A stretch of DNA of 64,000 nt from Bugula neritina (Eukaryota; Animalia; Bryozoa): the NCBI GenBank assembly GCA_964035545.1, contig OZ037769.1, positions 5,561,929-5,625,928 on the forward strand. The letters are read 5' to 3'. The translations under genes and the position numbers were made by a program. The notes beneath the pieces are model-generated. The model was not told where the DNA came from and did no database searches. It was given only the letters and a program-made list of their open reading frames with translations. This document shows, piece by piece, positions 25,001-36,939 of this stretch (positions are counted from its first letter, which is position 1; the number at the start of each line of letters is the position of its first letter).

Positions 25001-28000
25001 AAATGATGGCTCCAGCTTATTGTTGTCTACATTTGTCTATCATTGACAAGTACAGCAGTTCTATTTTCACAACATTGCTTTTAATTTCCCAGTTTAATAA
25101 TTATGAGAAAACATTGTTGTATATCGTAGAAATCAAAGTTAGAAAAACAAATTGCTACTCTGTAACTAGAATGGCGCGTGACAAGAAAGAGAAAGAGTAA
25201 CTCAAAATGTATTTTAATTATTAGTAACAATGTTGTTCTATTTGCTAGACACACTACTTATTTACTAGTTTAGTCCATTCTATCAGGCGTAAATATTACA
25301 TATATAACTTGTAACATAATTATTTTACTTTTGTATGTTTAATTTATTTAACATAGAAATAATTTAGATCAAAATAAACGTGATGAACTTATCTAAAAGG
25401 TTAGCACAGAGTAGTAAATAAAAACATAAACAAACAACAACAAAATTGTTGACAAAATGACTATTGAGAAATGTTCAACTGTATAAAATGATACAATTTT
25501 TGAATCCATGAGCCTAAAGATTTTAGCTCTCTGGATTTGGCACAATTTATACAAATACATTGAAGTTGTCTTTCTCACCTCCATCGTATCCGCAGATTTT
25601 CTCCGAGACTGAGTTTTAGCAACTTCAGGCTGGAGGATGTCCATGAGTCTCATGGAATCAGACAGGTCCTCCATGACGTAACACCTTTCTCGTCTATCCT
25701 TCCGGAAGTAATTCAACTTACACTTCACCATGTGTTTCCCTTCCTTTACGAGTGAAACATGCATAACTATTTCAACAAAACAGGTTTCCAGTTCATAATA
25801 AGCCAATACCACAGCTCTATTTTTAGTTAGATGACTAATAAAAGCTTGAAAAGAACTTTATCGTGGCAAACATAACATTTACACCATACTTGATGACTAA
25901 CAATAAAAATGGCGGCATTCCGGTAAACAGAAAAATACTATACACAATAATTAACTATGAAAGTGTAAAACTAAGAAATATACATCTCCTTGTGGTACAA
26001 GCAGTCAAACACACCCGAAACAATATTAAACTCAGTCTAGAACCGCGTAACCATTATACTAACAGTGGTAGTCTCCATGGTTACACAAAGAAACATACCA
26101 ACTAGCTCAGAACCTAGTCTAATTCAAATGTAGCAGGTCTTACCACTTCTACCGACTGCACATCTCTTAGAGCAGAGAGGTCTAACATTTCCGTAATGAC
26201 ACCCTCAATGTTCTTCTCAATAATCTTCTCGCTGGTGACGTTGATGAGGAACTCCTCTGAGTAGAGATCATTGTGTCTGACTATGAATGGGTCATGTTCT
26301 AGGAACTCTTCTCCATCTTCAGTAACTATAGCAACATGTATATACTGAGTAACTATAGCAACACGTATACACCGACTGTTTAGGTTGAGATGCAACTATA
26401 TCCACGCAGACAGACAGACAGACACACAGAAAGACATACAGAAAGACACACAGACAGACACACACAAGTAGTTGTTGCATAAAATATTCAGTTTTTTCAA
26501 AGATGCTATAAACAAAATGTTTGACCTTGCACCGATGATGTTTACCATTTCTTAAAATAATTATTACTAGGCGACTCCTAAAATACTTACCATGCAGGTC
26601 GGGAATATCTGTGCTGAAAGTAGATTCGTTATCTGTGCCATGACTAGATGTTGCAGTGCTGATAGCCTGCTCATCATCTTCAACACTGCCATACTTGCTT
26701 TCTGCACCTTCCTCAGCACCCTCTGCACCGTCTCGTGGAGTCAGATAGCTGCTCTCACTCATAATACTACCATACTGGCTGTTCGGCTCACTAGGCTTGC
26801 TTTCTGCCACGCTCTTGTCCACGGCTGACTCACTTTCACTTGATGGCGTCGGACTTGCTTTATCAGCCATCGGAGCTAAGAGCACGCAAATGCTTGTTTA
26901 TTATTTTACAAGCCAGTAACCTATTTTTTGATAAACTACTGGTTATCCATAAATTATGTAAAAGTGAGTGCCCCTTTCGTAACTCACGGATCCCGTTCTC
27001 ATAAAATTCCATAAGTCATGAGAAGGGCTTGGACCCTGTTTTGTGGCTGAAACACCATTGAAAATCTATGACATAAGGGTTTTTCCGCCAACTCCACATT
27101 TTCAGTAAATAACACTGCCATTGTTGGGGAAGCTATTTCTTGTATAACCGATGGATGTGAAATGTGTTGTTTTGATAGTAAGCGGACTAAAGGTCAAATG
27201 CAATTGTGTATAAATTGACAAGTTTAGACTAAATGGCCAGAAGTAATTTAATAGCCTGCATGTGTATATACGCTTATGTATGCGTGTATAGGAACAAAAT
27301 GGTCAAATTTACTCGATCCCGGGAGTTAAATCTAGTATTCTACTACGTCACGAATCGAGGTTTCAAGACCCGTAGTTTAGTGACATACAGAAAGAGCATT
27401 GTAATTATCATAGGGTCACTGCAACATTACTTGCTCCATGCATAATGTTTTGTGAACCACCTACTAATACTGAATGGCCAACAACATAAAGATGGTTATT
27501 TTACTTGACATACCCGAGTGTTTTCTGGTAGTCTCCGGTGTTCCAGCTTGGTAACTACTAAAACTCTGGAGCCAGGAGTCACCAAATTCCTCCCTAAGAG
27601 TTTCAATTCTGTTCTTTGTGACACTTATATTGCCGTACCCACACGGAGAGCTGCTGTGGTCTACAATATTGACGGTGCCCACGCCATTGATCTCGTCTGT
27701 GAAAACCAGAACCCATTGATAGACTATTCAAGATGTCTGCAGCACACTACCGAAAACTCTGTTTAGATTAAAAAGTATATAATATGGAAAAAATTTGTTT
27801 CAGGTAGTTTGAACTTTACTGCTTGGAAAAAACGCCAGATATGTATGTTTCTAGTCACGTGAAGTTGTTATAAATTAGGAAGAACACTTTGCATGCTGAA
27901 AGGAGCCGCGACATCATTTATCATTCATAGGTGTCACCAGACAACTCCAATTCTACTCTGCTGGCTTATTATAAAGCCTTGTGAATTATACATAAAGATG

Positions 28001-31000
28001 GAGTAGAAGAGACCTACAAAACCTTCTCATGCAGTAATATTCAGGAAAACAGTTGTTTAAAGTATCCTGTGAGAACCCCTGATGGCAAGGGTTTAAGCAG
28101 AATAAGAATTTGTTTATAGTGGGGCAAAACAGTTATAGTAAATGCTCTTTCTGAGATCACTAATGTTCAGGACTCAAACCCATAAACTAGTGCTTACTAA
28201 TCCAAAGCTATAACCACTCAACTATGCTTTGCAGTTTATTAGTATATTCAAGTATAATTTGATTTCTCATCCCTGTTTATAGTTATTTTGGGTGTTACTA
28301 AATTCTACTAGTAAAAGTCTCTACAGATTAGCTCAACAGATGAGTTCAACAGATCAGTTCTACAGATCGGTTCTACAGATTGGTTCAACACATTACTTCA
28401 ACAGGACCAACTCTAATACCTACCAGGTGCATCTGCACTAGCCACACTTTCATCATCATCAGGCTGAGGGATTTCACTGATCTCATCGACTATGTTACTC
28501 TTCACTCTCCTGAGGAGTTGCCTCGAGGAGCGGCGACTGCTCGAATCCTCATTACACAGAGAGCTGGACTCGCTGAGACCGTCTGGAGGTGGCCGTATGC
28601 TGACTCTAAGGCTATTTGACAGCTTTCTCTCCACTTCTGTAAATTTCTCCCCGTCTAACGTTAGCTAACAAACAGGTAGAATAGCACAACTTTGAGACCC
28701 TAATCTTGGTGTGGTAGCAAAAATAAACTTGACACGTGTTTATATGCCAACAATAAAACACCAATTCTGCATCTTGTACAACTGATTGAATCTTTCAATG
28801 TGTTAGAGAAAATATTAGAAGGTGATTCAGTTGAAACAAAACTCATTTCATTACATTTAGTAGGTGCAAAATTATACACACATTTCACAATATCAACTCA
28901 TCAGTATTCTATGACATGTTTATGACCTGCAGACCAATATGCTAGACCACTGATCAGACCAGCTTAGATTGTTTCAGCAAAGAAATAAAATACAAACTAA
29001 ACAATTTTATCATTTTAACCGCACTTGAACGGAGAGTGAAAAATATTGATTTTCTAAATTCATTGCCAGTTGCATTGGAGTTATCTTTCACTAACCTGCA
29101 TGGCAACTTTAGAAGAGAGGGTGGCAGCTGTCAGAGCCCTATGTCTAGTATTGTAGGTTAGTGGGTTATCATCTAGATACAACTACAAGTAATACAAATA
29201 CTCGAGTATAGAATATCATATAAAGCAGTCAATTGTGAGTATAGTTAGCAGGGTGGTGCACACTGAGCTATCTCACGACATTCTTGACATGGTTGAGTCA
29301 TAAAAACCAACATAATTAAGTTCAAGTTCCTAGTCTTAGTTAAAAGAATTCTTCTGAAGTCTTGCTGATATAATTAATTTAGGCAAAAAAACTTGAGTAC
29401 CAGGTTTTGTCTCCATGAGCAACAAGAAGTGGGTGCTAGCCTACAAGCACCTGTCACATACCTGCTTGAGAGAAGGCAGGGAATATAGAGGAAGTAGAGC
29501 ACCATGGTCACACAGGATGTTGCCAGACAGGTCTAGCGTCTCCAAACTCGTCATTCTCTCCACGCCTGCACAATACACAAGATCACTGAATAACAGGGCA
29601 GGAGAGCTCAGTGTCCCCACCATTTATATTAGACTAAATGTGGGATCCGAGGCATAAAAGCACGTTGTGTTGACTGACCAAGTCCTGAGAAATTTGTAAA
29701 TACGACCAAAGAGTTCACTTGGTATAAAGGGAGGGGAGGGGGGAGTGTCAGCACTGCCTATCCCCAGTACTTTCGCAACAAATAAAAACCAATTTCAATG
29801 AGTTGGTGTGTTTTAAGGTTTAGGACATTAAGATAACACTACCGTTGACATGTTCTAGATGGTTGGCACGCAAGACTAAGGTCTTCAACTTCTGGCAGGT
29901 AGAAGGGGAGAGAGACGGTACAGCGTTGAGAGAATTGTAGGCTAAGTTTATGTGCACCAGCTCCAGCAGACACTGAAACAGAACCAAGGCTTCGTCATAC
30001 TCGGTCTAGTGACAAGTAATCCTTGGACGCTTTTTGTCAAATCCCAAATATTGAATTGTGAAAATGAGCGTGTGTAATTTTCAAAAGTTCAAAAATAACC
30101 CTAACTGTTCTAAAACATAACATAAATGTGGCACACTTCTATACCGTAAAATAGAAAATTATAAATGTTGTGCAAGCCTGAATCTATTTTAAAACAAAAA
30201 TTTCTAGTGTATGTTCAAACTGCAAGACAAGATTTTAGAAGCCATAATTTTGTGAAAGCCAAGTTAAAATAATGTTGAACAATATAATAGTTAAAGCAGC
30301 AACAAAACATGCTGTAAATATCACAGTGTACAATACTATTATAATAGAGTCGCAGTGTAACGTTACTAGGAGTTGTGTCACCTGCAGGTAAGAGTCCGTG
30401 TGCTTCAGGTAATTCCTACTTAGATCCAATACCTCTAAACAAGGAAGCAGTTTCTAAAATATAAATAATGTATACGTGTGTTAGAGTTAGAATATACATG
30501 TGTTACATGTAAAGTATACATGCGTTAGAGATAGAGTATACATGTGTTAAAGGTAGAGTATACATGTGCTACAGGTAGAGTATACGAGTGTTAGAGGTAG
30601 AGTATACATGTGTTAAGGTAGAGTATACATGTGTTAAGGTAGAGTATACATGTGTTAGAGGTAGAGTATACATGTGTTACAGGTAGAGTATACATGTGTT
30701 AGAGGTAGAGTATACATGTGTTACAGGTAGAAAATGCCCATCAGCTTATGATACATGTGGCATATAATTCATTATTATGACTCTAATGAGTAATTGTATC
30801 ATTTAGAAATTATACTACTATCATATTATATTATACTATATTATAACATATATTAAATTATATAATCACGTTATATTACATCACATATTATGATTTCTTT
30901 GAAGTAAACTGTTTGCAATATGTTTCTCAATGACATTGACTAACATTCCAAAGATAAAGCTAACAAAACTGATAACAGTTTGCAGAACGAGTCAAACAAA

Positions 31001-33385
31001 TACAGTGACTCATAAACCCATTAAATTAACAGGAAATTGTGCAGCTAAATCCTTCAATTTATTCGAAATTTAAAACCAATTACATTTTATGCGAGCTTGC
31101 CCAAAGTGTTACAGCCGGCAATAAAATAAACTCTGTTCATATTGTATTTATACTCACCAATGACCCATCCAATTCCTTAATAAAGTTATTAGAAAGATAA
31201 AGTTTCTTTAAATTGTTCCAAGATAAAGAGAACTGAATGGAATCCTTGCCAAGTATATCCTGTGTGAAGATGAAACAGTTGAGGAACATAAAGAACTAAA
31301 ACACAACTTTCAGATATCAAATCAGCTTGAGTAACGCTCCTTGCTGACTCAGTCACTATGCAAATTGACAAATCCCCAGTTGATAGAAAACCAAACCAAA
31401 ATATAAAGCTCTAAAAGCATTACTTTGTCCAGATAAGCAACAGACACTACTGCCTTATTTTACTAAAATACTTACAACTCATAGCAACACACTCGATATT
31501 ATTCTTAAAAACACTGACTACAGGAAAGACAATTCCTATTTATCAGAAATTCACAACAAAACATCTAAAGCATTTGTATTTTTCTGATAGAGTCCGGATT
31601 TGACAGCTAATCAAGTATTTAGGTTCTACTGTATGAGAAACAAACGAAGGAATACCTCAAGGAAGTTGATGCATCTACTCATTCTTATGAGAGTTATCTT
31701 CTCCTGCAGCTTATCCAGACCGACTATCCAGTGGGGTGGCACTCTTTTCACATCTAGCTGAGTTAGGTTACGGAATATGCCAATATTGACAGGTGCTTGT
31801 ATGGTGGTATTTCCTCCATGTGACAGCTGCAAACAGGTAGTATATTTGCAAACACACTCTGATTTGATATAATGTTTTCACTGAATTAATTTGTGTGCAA
31901 ATAACTATTGTGCACCAACAAATTTGCCCTTATATAGTATGCAGGTAATGCAGGTAATGCATGTATATAGTATGCAGGTAATACATGTATATAGTATGCA
32001 GGTAATAGATGTATATAGTATGCAGGTAATAGATGTATATAGTATGCAGGTAATGCATGTATATAGTATGCAGGTAATGTATATTTTAGATAATGTGAAA
32101 GATATCAATCCATAGCAAAGAATAAGCTCCTTTAAAATGTTCAAAGGTGGAAACTTGTAAATTACTATAGCTTTCAATATTTATCTTAATAATGAGAAGC
32201 ATGAGAACAACATGGGAAGGTAAGGTATATAACTGCAGAGCAAAGCTGGGGACAACATGGGGAGGTAGTGTATATAACTGTATAGTAAAGATGGGATAAC
32301 ATGGGGATGTAGTGTGTATAACTGTATAGTAAAGCTGGGGACAACATGGGGAGGTAGTGTGTATAACTGTATAGTAAAGATGGAGACAACATGGGGAGGT
32401 AGTGTATGTAACTGTATAGTAAAGATGGGAACAGCATGGGGAGGTAAGGTATATAACTGTATAGTAAAGATGGGAACAACATGGGGATGTAAGGTATATA
32501 ACTACAGAGTAAGAGCTAATACCCGAAGAGATTGAGTCCTACTGAGAGCCTCCTGGAGGTACAGTAAATCCCCGTACACCTTTCTGTCGCCATTCCGAGT
32601 GTCGGTGAGATGCTCGATGCCATGGTTGAGAATTAGCAGCACTTCCGGGGTCAAACAGAGCGGCACAGATCCGCTATCTAGGTCACTTCCTGTATTGACA
32701 TTCCGCATTGAGTCACCAGAAATATTATTTAGGAGTAGTAGTGGAGAAATTGAGATAGCCTAAGTTTTTTAGCTTGGGTCGAAATTATTCCGAGAACATA
32801 ACTTCTTTTGCTATATTTTTAATCTAGAGCACAGGCTTTTCTCAATTTCTCCATTACTGCACCTACCTCAGAAATATTGACAGTAAGTCTATTTAGTAAC
32901 TGTTCATTAGTTGCATATAAGAACTAGTTTACAGCATATGCCCAGCAAATGTTGGGCTACTATTCAAATATCAATATTTTATTGCCGAGCATCTACCTCA
33001 AGCATAGGTAACCCACAGCCCTAACACATACCACTAACAAGAATAAACTCACAACCAAACCTTATGCAGCTCTGTACACTTTCAACGAAATAGAAAATTT
33101 AGATGCTAACACACAGCCTGTGATTAAAAATTAGATAAAGAAGAATTATTGCAAAAAATATTCAAACATAACTCAATAGGATGCTACAAAGCATTTGGTC
33201 AAGTGTGTCATACAGCATGAGAGTATGGTGATACAATACCTTAGAGTTCTATCTTTACAGAAAAAAAGGTACAAATTTTTAAGATTTCCAACTCAAACAC
33301 TTTGTGAGGAAGCTTTTACAAACTGAGACGCACACATATAACACATAGTTCATTACTTACGAAAATATATTTGTCTAAACTCCAT
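19015..33385 (-). CDS. STK11IP: Serine/threonine kinase 11-interacting protein (LIP1), ~22 exons; first exon tentative
   Basis: N-terminal region (LCLTPEVLLILNH...DLLYLQEAL..TQSLRL) followed by LRRs (LKKLYLSNNFIKELDGSL; LEVLDLSRNYL; LVHINLAYNSL; LKTLVLRANHL; LETLDLSGNIL; LYLDDNPL...HRALTAATLS; LTLDGEKF). Then an acidic linker, a PH-like region, a split zinc ribbon CLKC...CIHCGSDMV, DHRLQLHL and C-terminal PH-like exons. Same order as vertebrate STK11IP. Candidate first coding exon is 33361-33385 (MEFRQIYF, phase 1), which fits the acceptor at ~32690. Confidence 0.88.
20783..20931. mobile_element. Foldback/MITE-like remnant with repeated GGTAAAAATGGCA motifs in inverted orientation
   Basis: ggtaaaaatggcac / ggtaataatggcat / ggtaaaaatggcaa on the left versus gtgtcatttttacc / tatgccatttt on the right. 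Confidence 0.6.
21104..21325. repeat. 34-bp minisatellite, ~6.5 units, containing the STK11IP splice donor
   Basis: aactattaactcactgagtatgtataatgaatat in tandem; the last partial unit is the true CA|GTGAGT donor (exon ends at 21322). Confidence 0.93.
21826..22052. repeat. 24-bp minisatellite, ~9 units, starting ~18 bp inside an STK11IP intron
   Basis: gtagtatacactacaatacattgc in tandem; explains the (VVYTTIHC)n ORFs. Confidence 0.92.
26966..27401. mobile_element. Tc1/mariner-type MITE, longer copy, inverted relative to 13290-13492
   Basis: Degenerate TIRs gagtgccccttt / aaagagcattg|ta. Internal blocks (gtgacgtagtagaatactagatttaactccc...ccattttgttcctatacacgcatacataagc; gggtccaagcccttctcatgac) match the 13290 copy. 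Confidence 0.8.
28062..28230 (-). mobile_element. tRNA-derived SINE, copy 3 (degenerate)
   Basis: atcctgtgagaacccctgatgg...aatgctctttctgagatcac...tcaaacccat...ttactaatccaaagctataacc aligns to the family. Confidence 0.7.
28320..28392. repeat. 13-bp tandem repeat, ~5.5 units, ~30 bp into an STK11IP intron
   Basis: ctacagattagct caacagatgagtt caacagatcagtt ctacagatcggtt ctacagattggtt. Confidence 0.8.
30470..30732. repeat. 20-22-bp minisatellite, ~12 units, abutting an STK11IP acceptor
   Basis: aggtagagtatacatgtgtt(a/ag/ac) in tandem; on the sense strand many units carry CTCTAAC (branch-point-like). Confidence 0.9.
31932..32082. repeat. 24-bp minisatellite, ~6 units
   Basis: tatatagtatgcaggtaat(gc/ac/ag)atg in tandem. 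Confidence 0.9.
32205..32512. repeat. ~42-bp minisatellite, ~7 units, starting ~10 bp after an STK11IP donor
   Basis: aactgtatagtaaagatgggaacaacatggggaggtagtgtatat in tandem; sense-strand units end CCCATCTTTACTATACAG (acceptor-like). Confidence 0.9.
32732..32863. mobile_element. MITE with ~28-bp TIRs (GG(A/T)GCAGTAATGGAGAAATTGAG...), copy 1
   Basis: ta|ggagtagtagtggagaaattgagatagcct ... aggcttttctcaatttctccattactgcacc|ta; second copy at 58312-58471. Confidence 0.82.
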
Positions 33386-33774
33386 GTTAGTTTTCTACTA
33401 CTGTAGCTTTGCTACGTTCCCAGGTTAGTGAAGATGGTGGGGGCAACTAAACTTGCCAGGCAATCACAGCCAGCGTAAAGCCACAATTACTTGACAAGTT
33501 GCCAAGGATAGATGTGAAGTTTGTGTAGTAGAATATGAATTAAGATTAGAATTAGTGTAAGTATCTCATATGTAAGTGTATAATACAATGTAAGTGTTGA
33601 TTTAGTGTTAGATTGCCTGCTATTTGATACGGAGCTCGAGAAGGATGATTGTTGAACCAAAACAAGGTCAGAGGCAAACTGCGGTGGTTGCTGAGACTTT
33701 CCATTTATTTATTGTTGTAAAAAATTTCTGATGATGATACCGTCAGGCAATACATGTATGCATCTAGTTCGTGT

Positions 33775-33824
33775 AACCAATCAGCTAGCCTCTAGTGTAA
33801 TATCAACCAATCAGCTAGCCTCTA
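33775..33824. promoter_or_regulatory. Duplicated CCAAT box (20-bp direct repeat, period 30), candidate STK11IP promoter element
   Basis: aaccaatcagctagcctcta at 33775 and 33805, ~400 bp upstream of the candidate first coding exon; CCAATCAG is the NF-Y consensus. Confidence 0.55.
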
Positions 33825-34336
33825 ATATAATTGAATGCAGAATTTTATATCTGCCTGGTGTGCCTATTAATAACTATTAGTACAGGCAGATCATAAAATT
33901 TGTTTGTCTTGATAAATAATAAATAAATAAATAAAATAATTTCACCATGAGTATGAGCCAATTACGACTTGTGCATACAGTCTATTATATTATGCTGAGT
34001 GTAATGCTGTTATCACGTAACATAAATGTGTTATTTGTCAACACCATGTGATTAGCTAGATGTGTAGTAAAGATGTTAGTGAATTCACTCAACACAAACT
34101 GAGTATGACACTCCACTTTGAAAATTTGGTAGCTCTGACCTTAGGAATTCTACTTGTTCAGGAAGCCTGTTAGTTACTAAAATGTTGTTTGCTGATACAT
34201 TGTGGGAATAAAAAGAGTTTAAAGTAACTAATTCAAAATCTACTTCAGTCCCAAGGAAATAAATATTTAGAGGAAAACTGCTAAAGTTAAAGATTTCATA
34301 AAATTAGGAAACTATGGCTCAATCTGTGGACAGCGA

Positions 34337-35468
34337 CTAGTTGGGATTTATACCCCTCAATATGTGGTCCACACCTTGCCAGCGAAAGAAACTAATGTTA
34401 CTGCTATATTTAGAAGGTATGAGGATTTAAGAGAAAGAGCTCAAGTAATCCTACAAGTTATGAGCCTTACAAAATTTATAATCAGCTTGAATTCATGGCT
34501 CATTCACCAAATTCTCATATTTTTACGTAAAGTTAGGGCATAATCTATATAGCATAAGGTATTTGAATCATACAATTATGGCCCATAACCCAGAGGCAAG
34601 AACAAAGGGTAGAGGCAACCGAAATGCGAATGCTCAGACACATACAGGGAATAAACTGGGAGGATCATGTTAGGAATGAAAACATAAGGAGCGAAGCTAA
34701 GGTTAAACCTGTGTCTAGGCATATGAGGAAGAGAAGACTTCAGTGGTATGATCATGTGCAGAGGAGAGATAGTGAAGAGGATATTAGATGTGTGACTGAG
34801 TTAAAAATAGTGGGGAAGAGAAAGAGAGGACGGCCCAAACGAAGATGGATGGACACGATAGGAGATGACATGAAGCGATGGGGTCTTAAACCAGAAGATG
34901 CAGAAGACTGGGAAAGATGGCAGACGCTGATAGATATTGGAAACCTGCAGACCGGTCAGGACTACGACCGTATAGGTGTGAAAGGTGTGAATTTGAATCA
35001 TACAATATAATATATGTGTAGATATACAACGCAACTACATATGTATAGTTTAATGTGGAAGTGATGAACCTTATCGCCATTTTAAAGTTATAAAAGGAGT
35101 GTCAAGTTTCAACAACAATTTATTAGAGCAAAGTCAATTTCTGAAGTATAAACTCTATTAATGTATACTATAATCCAACTGATACAGTCCTACGGTATCC
35201 AAAAAATGCCTATTCTACTGTAATAATCATACAGCCAACAGCATACAGATAGCTATACATGCAGTGAATAGAAAACTATAGATGTGCCACCTGTAGCTAT
35301 ATAAACTCACTATTGGAGGAAACAAGCTGATGTAAGTTGTGAAGAAGTTCCTCTTTGGTGGGAGAGGAATTGTTCCCTTCCATGCTGATAGTCAATGTAA
35401 CTAAAAAGTATAACAACTATTAGGAAAACAGTGACTGCTGTACATATGTATATGTTTTTTGTAAGCAT
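34337..35468 (-). CDS. Candidate small single-pass membrane protein (~74 aa), or a 5'-UTR exon with a uORF
   Basis: Exon 35311-35510 has CAG| and TA|GTGAGT ends and encodes MLTKN-IYICTAVTVFLIVVILFSYI-DYQHGREQ... A phase-compatible acceptor at 34403 closes the frame at 34337. Upstream donor AAG|GTGAAT at ~36938. No homology recognised. Confidence 0.3.
34577..34990 (+). mobile_element. 5'-truncated RTE-clade non-LTR retrotransposon with 16-bp TSD
   Basis: Encodes the RTE C-terminus WPITQRQEQRVEATEMRMLR..G...DHVRNE.IR...RRLQWYDHVQRR...GKRKRGRPKRRWMD...EDAED.ERW. Tail is (aggtgtga)x2. Perfect TSD atttgaatcatacaat at 34561-34576 and 34991-35006. Confidence 0.93.
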
Positions 35469-36049
35469 CGTGCGATGTGTATAAGAATCTTCTGACAATG
35501 AGCTATCACCCTGTGGTTTATCAGCTGATGCTTTCAGAGAAGCTCAAGACATGTTTATCTATTATTGCTACCACACAGCAAAAACACAAAAATTAAAGAA
35601 ATTTTTTGTTGCAAGCAGAGAAGTAAAAGTCTCTTTATTCAATTATCCAATACAGTTTTTGTTTTAAATAACATCAGCAAGTGTGTATTATACAGTGTAG
35701 GTATCTTTTACCAAAAATAACTATTTTTTAGTTAAAATAGTAATGCTTTGGTAGTTTATTTAGTATTAGCTCTCAGCTGCTGAAGAGAATAAAGTAGATC
35801 TAAACTTGAGACAAGTTGTCTTATTGGTTGATTTGATTGGAGAGCAAAGTGAAAGGGTTGTATATAAAAATTTAAGCATTTTTTTATGATTTTCTAGCTA
35901 AAATGATCCGATTCCAGCCTAACTTTATACATAACTATGACAAACACCGGTATTTTATGGACATTTAAACATATTAAATGCAAGATAAGCATAGCAGCTC
36001 AATATGTTTGACAAAAACTCGCAACAACTGACAAAAAAATTTGATTTAT

Positions 36050-36720
36050 GCAACAACTTATGAGTGTAACAGTAAGTATACAATATTGATATGAATATCA
36101 TCAATATCAATTAAAATATCAATATGAAAAGAAGTTTACTAACTCCGCGTCTATGACTCAATAAGAGTAAGAGGATCGGATTTAGTAACACTAAGATTAT
36201 TTGCGGCTAACTTTTACTTTAAGCTCACTCTCTTTAACTTGTAGCACTTCGAGTTAGAGTTACACTTACAGTAAAAGCAGTGAGTAGAATTGGTCCTTGA
36301 CTTTGGATTCAGGTTTCTTTGAATATTTTTAGTGTATCAGTGTCACTTTCACTATAACTATAAGTGTATCAATCTGATTCCGTATGAATATGATATTGAT
36401 ACTCACTATCACTATGAGTATGACTGTATGAGTGTATGAGTATCACAATCACTATTTCAATCTGATTCCGTATGAGTATGACACTCACTATGAGTATCAC
36501 TTACTCACTGTTAGTCTTACTGAGTATGAGTATCACTATCAATCTCATCAGTGTGAAACTGAATGAGAATCAGAATGTCAGTATCCAATTGCATCATCTA
36601 TGTCGTGTTGTCAGAGTGAGAATGCCAAGCCCAATGCTAGTCTAATGGACAATGACTGGAATGGGCAATCACGACAATCAGCAATGTCAGTGTGAGTGTC
36701 GCTTTCGGTTTTAGAATTAT
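36050..36720. repeat. Drifting-hexamer tract downstream of the minus-strand start at ~37000
   Basis: gagtta gagtta cactta cagtaa; gtcact ttcact ataact ataagt; tcacta tcacta tgagta tgactg. Shares tatgagtatcactatca with 17482; internal duplication of tcaatctgattccgtatga. Confidence 0.7.
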
Positions 36721-36939
36721 TCAATTTCAAACTCACTGGTGACTGTGAATGCGAAAAAATATTTTTTTTTAATATTTATACTTATTCATATCGCGATGAT
36801 GACCGTTATAATCATAATATTAATGGCAATCACAATTATAATACTAATGATTTATAGCACTATGTCTATTATAAGTTTTGGTAATGGTAGCTTCAAGTTT
36901 AAGAAAAGTTGAAGAAGTTATGCTGATACTGATTCACCT

